A stretch of DNA of 64,000 nt from Epithemia pelagica (GCA_946965045.2 OX337240.1:186001-250000), one strand, 5' to 3'; counted from the stretch's first letter, positions 11,201 to 21,485 are shown. A program made the numbers and translations. Notes: generated from the letters alone by a model not told the origin.

Positions 11201-11998
11201 CAGATTCAACAATCCAAGGTTATACAGGGGATCTCCATTTGCGAGTGCAAAGGCTTGGAGAACGGACAAGGTAAGTGTTTGTTTGTAAAATCCTGATGCA
11301 AACAGATCCTCACAATCTGCCTTCATGTGTGCAGCCATTTCAGAGATGTTCTGCCCTGGATACATGAATGGGGTTCGGCTTGCGATCTTGGCGGATAGAG
11401 CATCGTATTTCTGAACCGAGTCAGATTGGAGAAGGTTAATAAAAGTCATCCAGGTAACGAGAAAGGAGTCCGTTGTGTTCGTCTTTGTTTCTAACATCTT
11501 GCGAATCTTCAGTTCGACAGAGTCGAGGAGACACATGCGTGCAGCGGTGTCGTTCTCTGAATCATATGGGTCGAAGTTGGCGCAGTGCACAGGGGCTGCC
11601 TTCTGCACAAGCTTGAGGTTAAAGCGAGTGTGCTCATTGACAATGTGTCGCATCTCTTCTGGGTTGGCTGGATCGGCGAGGTAGCAGATGGTGTCGAGAC
11701 CTCGGAGTACGAAGATGTCGTTGAGACGCTTCATAAATTCGTGGAGGTTGTCTCCCTTTTTGTAACGAATTGACAATCCACTGCAGCGAGTCTCGAATCC
11801 GGTGATGTCTTTGCCGAATCGTCGTTGGTGAGGAGTTGCAGGGTAGGTTTTGGCGGTTGGGTCGAGTCCTTTCCAGGTGGGGAGAGGCTTTCCGCCGGTC
11901 CAAGCCGCCCACTTGTACTCGTCGAGTTGAACAAGATCGCCCATTGTGGGCTTGGGTGGCTTGAAAGTGGGCTTGGGTGTAGTTTCAGAACTTGCCAT
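8222..11998 (-). CDS. gag: Copia Gag with two Zn-binding motifs and a very long acidic extension
   Basis: 1258 aa; CLICGSFDHWAKDC knuckle; WYWCAHCGRWTGTH motif; N-terminal WTGGKP segment of the kind seen in diatom copia gags. Confidence 0.9.
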   Translation of the reverse strand: MASSETTPKPTFKPPKPTMGDLVQLDEYKWAAWTGGKPLPTWKGLDPTAKTYPATPHQRRFGKDITGFETRCSGLSIRYKKGDNLHEFMKRLNDIFVLRGLDTICYLADPANPEEMRHIVNEHTRFNLKLVQKAAPVHCANFDPYDSENDTAARMCLLDSVELKIRKMLETKTNTTDSFLVTWMTFINLLQSDSVQKYDALSAKIASRTPFMYPGQNISEMAAHMKADCEDLFASGFYKQTLTLSVLQAFALANGDPLYNLGLLNLYPQVQQRILEIRYMTEQDQQDTLDKEGLSFAHICDKAEALYMDAMNLKKWPASTHNKDSKTPPAAFANLSEVQAMALRQHMGDTPLSKGACLICGSFDHWAKDCPHKSSKQASGPRAHSRGGSRGSLNQKPKGNSNRTSRSNNKTTIKSNSGSSVNWKYQAPSQGQSETKTVEGKTWYWCAHCGRWTGTHSTAQHSDDYKGHSKSNKKTSNPGGITAPQANMISLDLDAGAWAARFPVRNLLSVEDFDSVAPDQTQDDIDSMPSIPDSFWDTFSASGPEDDDDNVSIVVSEGEERRDTTQNESLLNNTVETTDMLLDTRPVDCCDDSKSNDASDESSATTEPPPLIPRFQDDEKEDPDLASLFRNVDSDQTDESVELPPLVPRPITPYGLHQAPATFRPLTFIDPDDLSIAESSDEEEDNDPNAPNRDLMALPPNIRQAFIQAATDELRRVMNLHRIVHPPEDSYDEATETGDTASTTDNDAADRENDQDDEDEDDEEEEDEDTDDDDPNGDADDEADDNDHDDDNNDGACPPTMANETNNESETDEEQDPAPEPPDIDFTVDLNKLNLTAKVATINSPWKEYNNSNVGETERTDDTWYDFYEATFTFDKNADPQNTDIHTKIPSDCPVNQEQDQKAPPNFHEQDQATPDRKMPAIQDDEVSPIEWETPPSTNSALSPNSLDLSFITPTRLFHAPGEPSAPKKRPSSPIIPFATRQRQMMGEDDPAIRQDHIESLVEHFIHTHTAYHKEENPRLKKTLEQQLPSLQQKLKEALTALQLDEQVHHSRLSMETPSLSSTLHTAWELATISDYGAIIIKQNKQGLPGHAMDIKINPNDITPDSHDEHLTNLPSKPAAHVATTKFTTKPKRKKKKPLRLNLPSNPNRHQFFPPLTSTRSLMITMKQGALTGLLGTGLLYIGPHLAPRKALPYLLSCLGGATAALQIVHSLSRPLHSPVDCLTHRLIVTCLPPNSGMSLVRSVGRWLRSALGLCTTS

Positions 11999-12216
11999 AC
12001 TGGAGGTGTCCGAGGCGTTTCCGTGAGAACTGGAACTGTTGAAGAGGATTTCTTCTTCAATTGGCTCAAAGGAGAAGTGGCTCCCTAGAGTTGATGGCGA
12101 ATCGTCGCTTGGGGTAGACAGCTTGTTGGCCTGTCAAAAATCTCGAGAAGGGGTAGTCCGACGATGATGGTCGTTGGGCTAGAACAGAGGAAACGGTAGC
12201 GGGTTAGGCTGTAATT

Positions 12217-12230
12217 TGGGCGTAATAACC
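12217..12230 (-). promoter_or_regulatory. Putative primer-binding site
   Basis: GGTTATTACGCCCA directly after the 5' LTR; resembles the internal (half) tRNA-Met type PBS GGTTATGGGCCCA of Drosophila copia. Confidence 0.6.
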
Positions 12231-12733
12231 TGTCAGAGTCACTAGCATACACTGGGTATACTAATAGCTAGGGGAATACCGCGTAGTCGGGGTGGAGATT
12301 GATCAAGTCTCCACACCAACCTAGAAGTCTTTTGCGTTGCAAAAACTCCTGTATCGATATAATGATTAAAGCTATAGAGTAAACAAAGTGATCTTGAGTT
12401 CCTCATTTTGATTCCTCGCTTTGGTTTCCAGGAATTGATCTGCTATCTTGCAACGCACAGCTTGATTCAAATGGACGATAGTTATCTCATTTGTTGTTTG
12501 TTGTGTCATAGGTTAGTTAGCAAAACATGAGTGTCGTAGACACAAACGGCGAGTGGCCCGGCGTTCTGTGGCGCCAAAGCCCATCCTGCGCGTTATGCAT
12601 GCGCGGATTCCGACATGTAGGCTTATATCATTGGGTCATGCAACACAAACTGCCAGTCGTGCAAATTCAATATTTCAAAAACACAAGTACAAATTTGGAA
12701 ACGCGACTGGTGCTAAAAACATAAACTGCGACT
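12231..12733 (-). repeat. 5' LTR (503 bp)
   Basis: Near-identical to 3577-4079. Confidence 0.98.
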
Positions 12734-12928
12734 GTCCCCATCCTTGATCGTGTTCGTTGCCTTGAGGAAAACCACCACATTGTCCACTCCAAAGATTGTT
12801 AAAGTCTCCCCGATCGTCCGAAGCTTTCTCTTGTCATCGTGAAGCACCATAAAACCGTTGGGGAGGTGAAGGACACTGGTTGGTTGGTTGATTGCTTCGT
12901 CCTCTAGCTGCTTGTTGCTGGTGTCCAT
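12734..12928 (-). pseudogene. 5' part (65 codons) of the host ORF split by the copia element
   Basis: ATG at 12928 (MDTSNKQ...IKDGD) is in frame with 3571-3227 once the element and one target copy are removed. Confidence 0.65.
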
Positions 12929-13345
12929 GGTACTGAAAAAGGTGGTGAGTATAAAAAAACACCGTTCCAAGAACCAAACCAGTGTTGTGGGCTTACCTTT
13001 TTGCTTTCCTCTTGTCTGTCAACCGAAACTCGTGAACGATTTGTGGAACGATGGAGCTGTTCAAACCAACAATAAGCCGGTATACTTGCACACCTTGATG
13101 CTCGTAAACAGCCCTCTTGAGAAGATATACAACAAATCGTGTACGCGCCACTTTCCAACGGAAAACACTTCCAGCGCGTCAGCAGAGAGCAGGCGAGCCA
13201 TGTTTTAATCATCGACCACAAAGAACCGATGTGCTAAGTGCAAACACAAAACCAACAACCAAACATGTCGACGTACATCAACAATTGTCGTCGCAGTACT
13301 CGCATCTGAGGCAACAAGTCGCATTCTGGGGAAGGGCTGGCTGAG

Positions 13346-13840
13346 GTGAAGGGCAAGACAACCAAACAACCTCTCTCTCTTCCAGCAATCACCAAAACGA
13401 GCAAGAGCAACAAGGGCAACAAGACCAACAAGATCAACAAGACCAACGAGAGCAACACAACCAACGAGAGCAACAAGGGCAACACGACCAACGAGAGCAA
13501 CGAGAACAACACGACCAACGAGAGCAACGAGAACAACACGACCAACGAGAGCAACAAGGGTAACACGACCATTGAGAGCAACAGGGGCAACGAGAGCGAC
13601 ACGACGAACAAGGGCAACGAGAGCAACAAGACAAACGAGACGAACGAGAGCAACAACGCGAATCACAAATTGCCCATCAATGCGTCAGTCTTTGGAAGGT
13701 ATCTCACCAGTGACCGCCGTGTCAGCAATGTGTCAGCTTCTAGTTCATCCTCGTACGGTGTAGACAGCAACCTGTCCTTCGACTTTATGGAAACGCAGCA
13801 GCAGGAGCTGGACATTCATGACGACTGGTCTAATAGCTAG
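13346..13840 (+). CDS. Hypothetical N/T/E/S/K-rich repeat protein (164 aa)
   Basis: Open frame across a ~27-bp tandem array encoding TNESN(K/E)(G/N)N; may be non-coding repeat. Confidence 0.35.
   Translation: MKGKTTKQPLSLPAITKTSKSNKGNKTNKINKTNESNTTNESNKGNTTNESNENNTTNESNENNTTNESNKGNTTIESNRGNESDTTNKGNESNKTNETNESNNANHKLPINASVFGRYLTSDRRVSNVSASSSSSYGVDSNLSFDFMETQQQELDIHDDWSNS
13398..13658 (+). repeat. Degenerate ~27-bp tandem minisatellite (accaacgagagcaac core)
   Basis: Repeated acgaccaacgagagcaac followed by aagggcaac or gagaacaac. Confidence 0.9.
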
Positions 13841-14227
13841 AAATACAACACTTTAGCGTATGCACAATTTTATTACTTCTGCGTTTCGATCGATACGATG
13901 GGACGGGACGCAACACTCCACCCAACCATCCCACCCAACGCACCACACCTTGTGCACAATATCAAGTAGAAAATGAAGGTCAGAACATGTACCTTTTTCC
14001 ATTCGAAAGGTAACAACCAGTCAAACCATAGTCATAGGGACGATTGTAAGGTTTCGAATGGAAAAAGGTACATGTTTAGGGTTTCGAACCGACCTCTGAA
14101 GCACCATGGTTTTCAACGATACCCCGTGTTGCATCCAAGGAATTTTCGTCTTGCGCGCGGGCGCGCGCCAGCCCGCTTTCTGGACAACTGACACATACCT
14201 GATCGTGCGCTGTGTCCGTAGTATTAA

Positions 14228-14399
14228 GAACTCCCTATGTCTAGTCCCTTTTGAGGAGGGTCGCCCGGCGCGGAGGGTAGAATGACGAGGAGGGAACACG
14301 TCGAGGAGGGCGCATGCCCGTCGAGAAGTGTTCCCGACGAGGAATTCTCCCGACAAGTAGGGCGCCCGACGAGAAGGGACGGCCAGGCATAGGGAGTTC
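14228..14399. repeat. 172-bp foldback (MITE-like) segment
   Basis: Perfect 12-bp IR GAACTCCCTATG / CATAGGGAGTTC that continues degenerately inward, plus an internal GGGAACAC / GTGTTCCC pair; no clear target duplication. Confidence 0.6.
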
Positions 14400-14642
14400 A
14401 TAAACTTACTCCCTATCAGACTATGAAAGTAGTGAGTCTCACCCGGGTCCATTTAACAAACTAGACATTACCAGAAATGTCGCTGAGACAGCCTACGACA
14501 GGGGCACTAGTAGCAAGATTTCAAACCATCCGTTGTGACTATCATCTAAGGAAGGAACGGTACGCCAGTTTATGGCGGTTTAATTATCGATAAGAAAGCA
14601 CCCCTAAGCGCATCCTACTAGAATCATCCGCGCGCAGGACAC

Positions 14643-14870
14643 GCGCACACCTACAAGAACATGCGCACACCTACAAGAACATGCACACACCTACAAGAAC
14701 ATGCGCATGGCCCTTCCTCACGTTATTACTAAAAATGTGCTTTCCAGAACCAGCAAGCGCATGACCCACATTTCACCAACTTCAACACCATGCACAGTCA
14801 AGAACCAATAGTCATCACATCCCTCCACCTTCATGCACAGTCAAGAACCAACACTCATCACATACCCTCC
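14643..14870 (+). repeat. Left subterminal repeats
   Basis: gcgcacacctacaagaacat x3 (14643-14702) and catgcacagtcaagaacca...catcacat.ccctcc x2 (14789-14870). Confidence 0.9.
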
Positions 14871-15070
14871 TATGTATGCACTCATCCTTGATTGTGTCAC
14901 ATCACCATCATGCGCATTACTCCAGCATCAAGTGCAAGCAAGTTGAACACAGTGCATTGAACTAACACCATGCACACACTCCCACTAACAACCAGCGAAT
15001 GAATGGAACACAATACATGTAGCTATATAGGAGTAGTATATGAAATGAAACCAATTGTCACTCTGATCAA

Positions 15071-17063
15071 TCACTGCCACGACCGTTTTCGTGGCCTTTT
15101 AGAAGGCCTTGTCACAGCATCATCATCTGCATACCCCATTCGAGAGCGATATTGCCCATTGAGAAACATCATGAACCAGATACCGCGGTCGCCTGCTCTG
15201 TCTTCACGAGCGATTTTCTCTTCCATATCCTCAAAATAGTCCATACCATCCTCATTCATACATCGACTTGAGTTCCAACTGCCTGAATATTTGAAGCGAG
15301 GATACCTTGCTGAGGATGTATCAATCATTTGATCAACACCATTTTCATTGTACCACCTTGGATTTAATTCAAATAGTCTCGCCTTGAAAGTGGTCTTGCC
15401 CATGTGAGTCCACACATCCCAGCAATCCACAAGGATGGTCAATATGAATGCCTCGTCACTTGAAGTGAATAACTTCAAGGCCTTTTCGCAATGTTCCTTT
15501 CCCTGCTGCTCAGTGTGGTCACCAAAATTGAAATCAATCACGGTTTTATGCATATTCTCACCATAGACACATGGACCAAACAATTGCAAGAGATATGAAT
15601 AGGCATAGTTGTCACACTTCTCTCCTCTCAATAACAGAAATTCTTCCAGGGTAGGCATTGGCCCAAAGTCTTCACAGTCGTTCAAAAGGCATGGATACCT
15701 CCGCTGGAAATTACTGTCACGCCATAGATCAAGACCCACATGTTCTAGATTCAGCAACAAATTATCTCACATCTCTTTATGAGAAGACGACATGATGAAC
15801 CAACACATTCACTCTTCGATTGACACTTACTTATAAATGCTTTTCGCATGGAAGCCAGAACATTTGATCGTTTGCTTCGGAACTTGTCAAGCATATAAGG
15901 TGAATGTTCAATCCACCACTCCTCTTGTTGTTTTGCATCCGTAATGCCTTTGCCTTTGAAATAGTGCTCAGCAAAATATGTTTTGCCATACTTCCCCCAA
16001 AGACCATTCGGATCTGCCTTAGTATCTTCGGACATGGAGAAATACTTGACATAACGCCATGCCACCTTCCGAACAAATGTATCAAAGAACTTCTCCGATA
16101 CCACCTCAGGCTTTTTCTTCGGCTTTTGCTTTTTATTCTTGTCCTTTTCGACAGAACCTTTGTGTGTAGTGGATGTTACAATCGTACTTGTCGGGCAAGA
16201 TGATTGATTATGGTGTACTGTTGTTTTCTGTGTTTCCTGTGCCAACTGATTTTGAATATCGTCTTGTAGAAGAGTTTCCATCGCCTGATCAGGCCCTGTT
16301 GTTAGCAAAGTAGATGATGAAGATGACGACATATCCGAAAGGGAAGAAACGTCGTTAGCAAAGGTATCACCTGATGCATTCAACCCACAAACACCCCCGT
16401 CATTAGAGCCGTCTCACCGACAAATTGTCCTCCTCCATTTTGTGCATCTAACAACTTACTGACAAGTCCTCCAGCAGGAAAATGTCTCTCATTAGGATCA
16501 AAATCATCTCCATCATACTCACTGGGTCCATTGCTCATATTCTGCAATGCTCGTTGCATTTCAGGTCCAGTGAGAATATTTACACCGACGTCGTCCTCCT
16601 CCATGTTATTAACTGCCGTGTTTGTTGGTTGCGCAAAACCAGATGATGGTTGTGTTCTCAGCCCACCCTGTTCATTATTGCTATCATCTGCTGAAGTCAC
16701 ATTGGCTCCATCTCTTTCTGAATTTGTTGCCTGCTCCAAAAGATTACCACTCCCTTCCACAGTTGTGCCTTCTTGTGCTTGTGCTTGATTGTTGTTCATC
16801 GAGATCTGTTCCTCTTCTTCCTCGTCATCAGAACTATCTTCTTGGAGTACTAAACCTCCATTGGCTGCTGCAATAAGAGCATCTTTGTTTGTAATTGTCC
16901 CGTCCTTGTAAGGAAGATTCTCTTTATTTCTTGTTGCCACTGCTGCCAAGATGCTTCTTTGTTGTCGTTCAACCTCTTTCTGATTACTTCCATAGTTTGC
17001 ATTTCGGACTGCTAAGGGTCGACGCGTCGTTGGAGCTGCATAACTGGTGGTGACTCCTGCCAT
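15071..17063 (-). CDS. Three-exon transposon accessory protein (~620 aa), divergent from the transposase
   Basis: Predicted exons 17063-16418, 16370-15831 and 15744-15071; GT-AG introns of 47 and 86 bp restore one frame. Motifs SKRSNVLASMRKAF, SSDEAFILTILVDCW and GMDYFEDM. Confidence 0.65.
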
Positions 17064-17627
17064 CGTTTATCTTGGATGCTCCGTCTGATTTATGACAAGG
17101 ATGTGAACAAGAGCAGGGTGACAACAAGAACTCTGATGGACAACCATTCAAATTCAAACGCTGGAATGCTCCATGTTTGAATCATAAACTCCGTGTTTGA
17201 ACGATGGTCCTTTAGAGAACGTATGAAGATGAGCATAGGTGGTTTCAAGTACATCATACTTGTCAGATGGAACATTGGTGCATGGGTTTGAATGATTGTC
17301 ATTTCCTTTCTAATGTCGACAGTGTCGGTATCCTCGGCATTGACACAGTGTTTGAATTCCAATCGCTGCTATCACCGTTGGTATCTAACCCGGCAGGCTG
17401 GATTGGATTAAGTAAATACACACGACCGTTTGAAAATATTATGATCCGTTCATGTACATAAGCGATTTTCAGTCGCTTTTATGCACCAACGTCGGCCGAT
17501 CCACCCAATGCGGAGAAATTCTGATATATGCCACAAGATTGACCACCGATGTCTCAATTTGCAGAAATCAATTACAGAGCATTTTTCATTACAAACCAAA
17601 ATCTAAAACCACCAGCATCGTACCATC

Positions 17628-20600
17628 ATGGGCCAGCGTCGTAAAGTAAAAAAGAAGTTGCGAAAGAGATGCTCAAATACAAGCCAACAAGAGGAGTCCT
17701 TCATATCCTTTCAAGTGTGTCGTTTCTGTCAATCACGTTTCGATGCAAGAGGAATCAGCCGTCACGAAACAGTTTGTGAATTGAAAATGAACACCCAAAG
17801 GAAATGGCCAAATGTTGGCGATGACAACAATGATTGTGCCAGTAATATGAATGCTGATCCAATGAATATTGATATCATGGACGATGAAACCACTATTCCG
17901 CATGCTGACCCACCAAAAGCATACTATGTACCTGGTGATACAGATAATATTATTCTGCGCAACAGCAAGGAGTGCCCGGTTGATTTTCCTGCGTTCCTCG
18001 ATAGAGATGGGAAGCAATTGAAACTTCATAAACACGATGCAGCCTTGGTCTCACTTATGATGTTACTTCGGAAAGCTGGTTGCCCCAAATATTTGTACAA
18101 TTCGATTCTGGCATGGTCGAGTGACACATACTCAAGATGCGGTCCTGGGTTCTTCCTGGACAACCATTCAAAGAGGAAAACGTTCATCGAAAAGTTTTCT
18201 TCCAAAGGTTTCAATTATCCCAAGGCCAAATTTTTCCCGGTACCAATGGAATTCACCCAAAAACAGGGTGTGGTTGTACCAGAGAGTGAGAAATCAATAA
18301 CAACACCAGTATTTGATTTGATCAGTCAACTACAGCGTGTATTACAAGATCCCGATGCAACCAAGAAAGAAAATACGATCCTCGATGATGACGATCCGTA
18401 TCGTCCATATGTTCCAAACAAGCACATCCAAAATATACAAGACGGAGAAGTATTTCGGAAAACAGTGGAAAAATATAGAGATGATCCAGATGCCTTCGTG
18501 GTTGGTCTTGTCTATTATATGGACAAAACACATGCAACAGGGGATGGAAGATATACATCGGAGCCTGTTGTAATGGTGCCATCTTTTCTAACGGAAACAC
18601 AAATGAGGAAAGCAAGGCGACAGATCATCCTTGGGACTATTACAGACATGGAAAGAAAATCATCGGCGGCAAAACATATCCTCGATAAAGGGACTCCTTG
18701 CCGAAATTATCATGCTCAATTGACTAAGATCCTCGAAGGTCTCGTCAGTATCCAAAAACAGGAAGGTTTATGGATGAAACTACGCCTCCATGGGATTATC
18801 AAAGTTGTCCGTTTGATATTGCCAATGATTGTTGTCAAAGGAGACGGGAAGTCTCAGGATAACCTTGCAGGTCGGTATGCCTCGCATCATCCAAGTGTTG
18901 GAAGACTATCATGGTGTTGCAACATTAAACCAAGGGATAGCAGATACCCATGGCATGAATGTTCTTATATCAATGCTGCAAGTACATACAAAATGTGCTT
19001 AAATGCATTGGGTCTTAATGAAAATCGAGAAAAACTGACTGAACAGGATGTTGATTACCAAGAGAGAGACAATGATACATTTTCGACTTTGACTGTTCCT
19101 ACCTGTTTGAGCACATCGCAAGTAAGTCAAGAAAATAACAGAGATGGAGGGGTCAATACCCTTGTGTCAGCTGCAAAAACCCAATTGCATGACATGGGAC
19201 AATATGCAGTCGATCTTTGTTTTTCCAAGGTTTACCTGGGTGAAGGAACCAATTCTGAACATGGGATTTTCTCGGCCAGTAGTTGTGATGTTCTTCATAC
19301 ATTGAAATCTGGGATAATGAGATACATCATGATTGACTTTTTCACGTTGATGACAAAAACTGAACGGGCCATGTTTGATTATGTCTACAATTCAATCTTT
19401 CGGGCAAGTAGACAGACTGTATTCTCGTATTCATCGAAACTTGGATATCCCGGAACATCATTCTCGACCGGGATCAGTAACCTGTCAAAAGTAACTGCCA
19501 ATGAGTGGGTTGGGATCATGTTTGCTTCAGCAGCTCTATGTGCCACTGCCAGAGGTCGCCTTATATTCGCGAAGAATATGGCAAAGAAATGGAACAAGGT
19601 GGTTGCGGAATGGAAAAAACGACAAGCAAAGCAAACATCCAAAACCACCAACAAGACATGTCAAGCGGACTTGGATCAAGTGCAAGAGACAAGTGAACCT
19701 ATTGCTGACAATGAGGATGATACTCCAAAAGATGAAGAGTACGAACTTACACGTCTTGATGATGATGATAGTGTTGACATTGATATCACAGCTGAAACTG
19801 TTTTTGATGATGACCCAGTTGCTTACAGGTCTATCTGGGATGTTGATGAGCGGGAACCATACATAGACTTCCTGCATCTATTCGAGACTCTTTTGTGTTT
19901 CAACAGCTGGATTCGTATGGATACATTCTGGGAAACAGACCCAGACTCACAAGAAGGACAAACAACAGCATCCAAGTCTCTCGAATCAGTGCGGATTTTG
20001 ATGGATGGCATCAGGAGATATGCACCCAGGCTCGATAAAAAAGGCAAATTGATGTCCAACGGGTGGATGATACCAAAATTCCACAATCTCATACACATTA
20101 TACAACAGATTCAGAATTTTGGACCAGCACGACTGCTTGATGTGGAGTCAGAGGAAAGTAATCATAAGGAAATTGTGAAATTGAATGCAAAAACGGTACA
20201 GAAACGTGGAAAAGGAATTTTTGAGTCGCAACTTGCAGAAAATATCTGGTGGATGCAAAGCTTGGAAATGCTGCAGGAAGCAACAGATCTTGAAGAAGAT
20301 CATGTCACCTTTCTCCAGGAAGGGAAGTCGCCTTATGAAATAAGGAGAAAAAAGGGATCCCAAAACCAACTCCCTACCACATCAACCTCGAATAGCCGTG
20401 GAACGGTCATAGTAGTATCCATGACCAGAGAAAAATGTTTGATTCCAGTACCTCACACGAACGTTCATACCTCTGGTGATAATCAAGACCAGTCATCAAA
20501 TGAAATAGACAAGGATCTTCCGTCTCCATTGGGTATGTCGATTCAAGTTCCAGGCACGACCAGAAAAGAACAAGACGGATCAAACCGAAACCAGACGAGT

Positions 20601-21485
20601 AGCGTACACAGGCGATTGACAGCAGCACCACACGAGGAGGATGTGGTATCAGTGAATATCGAATTCCATTCCAAAACAAATCATGACATGACATTGCCAC
20701 AGTTTTGTAATCACTTCTTTCGATTACATTACAAACGCTTTTTTCATCATTTAGACGGGATGAGTGATGATCCAACAAATGAGACTTCAACCACACTGGA
20801 ATTGTTCGGGAGCACAGAACTTAAGTTCGAAGACCCCAGGATAGGAAATATACGGGCTCATCCAAATTATCAAAGCGAGGGGCCATGGAGAGATTGGGTG
20901 ATGGCTAAAGTTCCAAAGAAAAAAAGGAAACCTCTTGATGAGGTATACAACCAACCTCTCGGAGAATTTGATACCATCCTATGTCAAACGATATGCTTCA
21001 TTCAAATACCCATTACTCGAACAGACCACATACAAATACAACCATCACCGGTATGTCAACCTTCAACTTCACCCGAGATGACCCATGTCCTTCTCCGAAC
21101 GACATATGTACGGAGTGCAGCTGATATCAAGAAATCATCCGTTCTCTTTCAAAAATGGCGTAAGCGTTTTGACCTACATCGAATAGCTGAAATTGTCATG
21201 GTTCCACTCCGGAATATTGTTGAGGTTGTTGGTGTAGTGGATGAGAACCCAGAAATGATTCAAGACCGTGATTCTATCCCAACATATTTCCATTCTTCAC
21301 TTGAAAAAGATTTACTCCAAGAAGACAGTCGTAATTTGAGAAACTTTAGTGACAATGTCTGGGCCGTACGCAACATCAAAGAATGGGCTTCCGAATTCAA
21401 TGAAAGTGCCCGTGACAATCTCGAGAAACGCTGTAATGAAATGAAAGAAAGATTGAAACAATCCGTTAGCAATTCGACCTCATGA
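17628..21485 (+). CDS. Plavaka-family DDE transposase (1285 aa) with N-terminal C2HC-type Zn finger
   Basis: CRFC..RH..C; YMDKTHATGDG..EP; KGDGKSQD; CDVLHTLKSG; FSTGISNLSKVTANE; IPKFHNLIH..I..FG...ESEESNH..VK; AHP..EGPWRDWV. These match Plavaka transposase motifs in order; the ORF is intact. Confidence 0.85.
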   Translation: MGQRRKVKKKLRKRCSNTSQQEESFISFQVCRFCQSRFDARGISRHETVCELKMNTQRKWPNVGDDNNDCASNMNADPMNIDIMDDETTIPHADPPKAYYVPGDTDNIILRNSKECPVDFPAFLDRDGKQLKLHKHDAALVSLMMLLRKAGCPKYLYNSILAWSSDTYSRCGPGFFLDNHSKRKTFIEKFSSKGFNYPKAKFFPVPMEFTQKQGVVVPESEKSITTPVFDLISQLQRVLQDPDATKKENTILDDDDPYRPYVPNKHIQNIQDGEVFRKTVEKYRDDPDAFVVGLVYYMDKTHATGDGRYTSEPVVMVPSFLTETQMRKARRQIILGTITDMERKSSAAKHILDKGTPCRNYHAQLTKILEGLVSIQKQEGLWMKLRLHGIIKVVRLILPMIVVKGDGKSQDNLAGRYASHHPSVGRLSWCCNIKPRDSRYPWHECSYINAASTYKMCLNALGLNENREKLTEQDVDYQERDNDTFSTLTVPTCLSTSQVSQENNRDGGVNTLVSAAKTQLHDMGQYAVDLCFSKVYLGEGTNSEHGIFSASSCDVLHTLKSGIMRYIMIDFFTLMTKTERAMFDYVYNSIFRASRQTVFSYSSKLGYPGTSFSTGISNLSKVTANEWVGIMFASAALCATARGRLIFAKNMAKKWNKVVAEWKKRQAKQTSKTTNKTCQADLDQVQETSEPIADNEDDTPKDEEYELTRLDDDDSVDIDITAETVFDDDPVAYRSIWDVDEREPYIDFLHLFETLLCFNSWIRMDTFWETDPDSQEGQTTASKSLESVRILMDGIRRYAPRLDKKGKLMSNGWMIPKFHNLIHIIQQIQNFGPARLLDVESEESNHKEIVKLNAKTVQKRGKGIFESQLAENIWWMQSLEMLQEATDLEEDHVTFLQEGKSPYEIRRKKGSQNQLPTTSTSNSRGTVIVVSMTREKCLIPVPHTNVHTSGDNQDQSSNEIDKDLPSPLGMSIQVPGTTRKEQDGSNRNQTSSVHRRLTAAPHEEDVVSVNIEFHSKTNHDMTLPQFCNHFFRLHYKRFFHHLDGMSDDPTNETSTTLELFGSTELKFEDPRIGNIRAHPNYQSEGPWRDWVMAKVPKKKRKPLDEVYNQPLGEFDTILCQTICFIQIPITRTDHIQIQPSPVCQPSTSPEMTHVLLRTTYVRSAADIKKSSVLFQKWRKRFDLHRIAEIVMVPLRNIVEVVGVVDENPEMIQDRDSIPTYFHSSLEKDLLQEDSRNLRNFSDNVWAVRNIKEWASEFNESARDNLEKRCNEMKERLKQSVSNSTS

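Larger units (their letters stand above)
3577..12733 (-). mobile_element. Full-length Ty1/copia LTR retrotransposon (diatom CoDi-like), 9157 bp
   Basis: Two 503-bp LTRs, 5-bp target duplication GTCCC (3572-3576 and 12734-12738), gag, and pol with domain order PR-IN-RT-RH. Confidence 0.98.

Noticed and set aside
13205-13666. Hydrophobic VALV-repeat ORFs on the minus strand
   Set aside because: Antisense readings of the 27-bp minisatellite.
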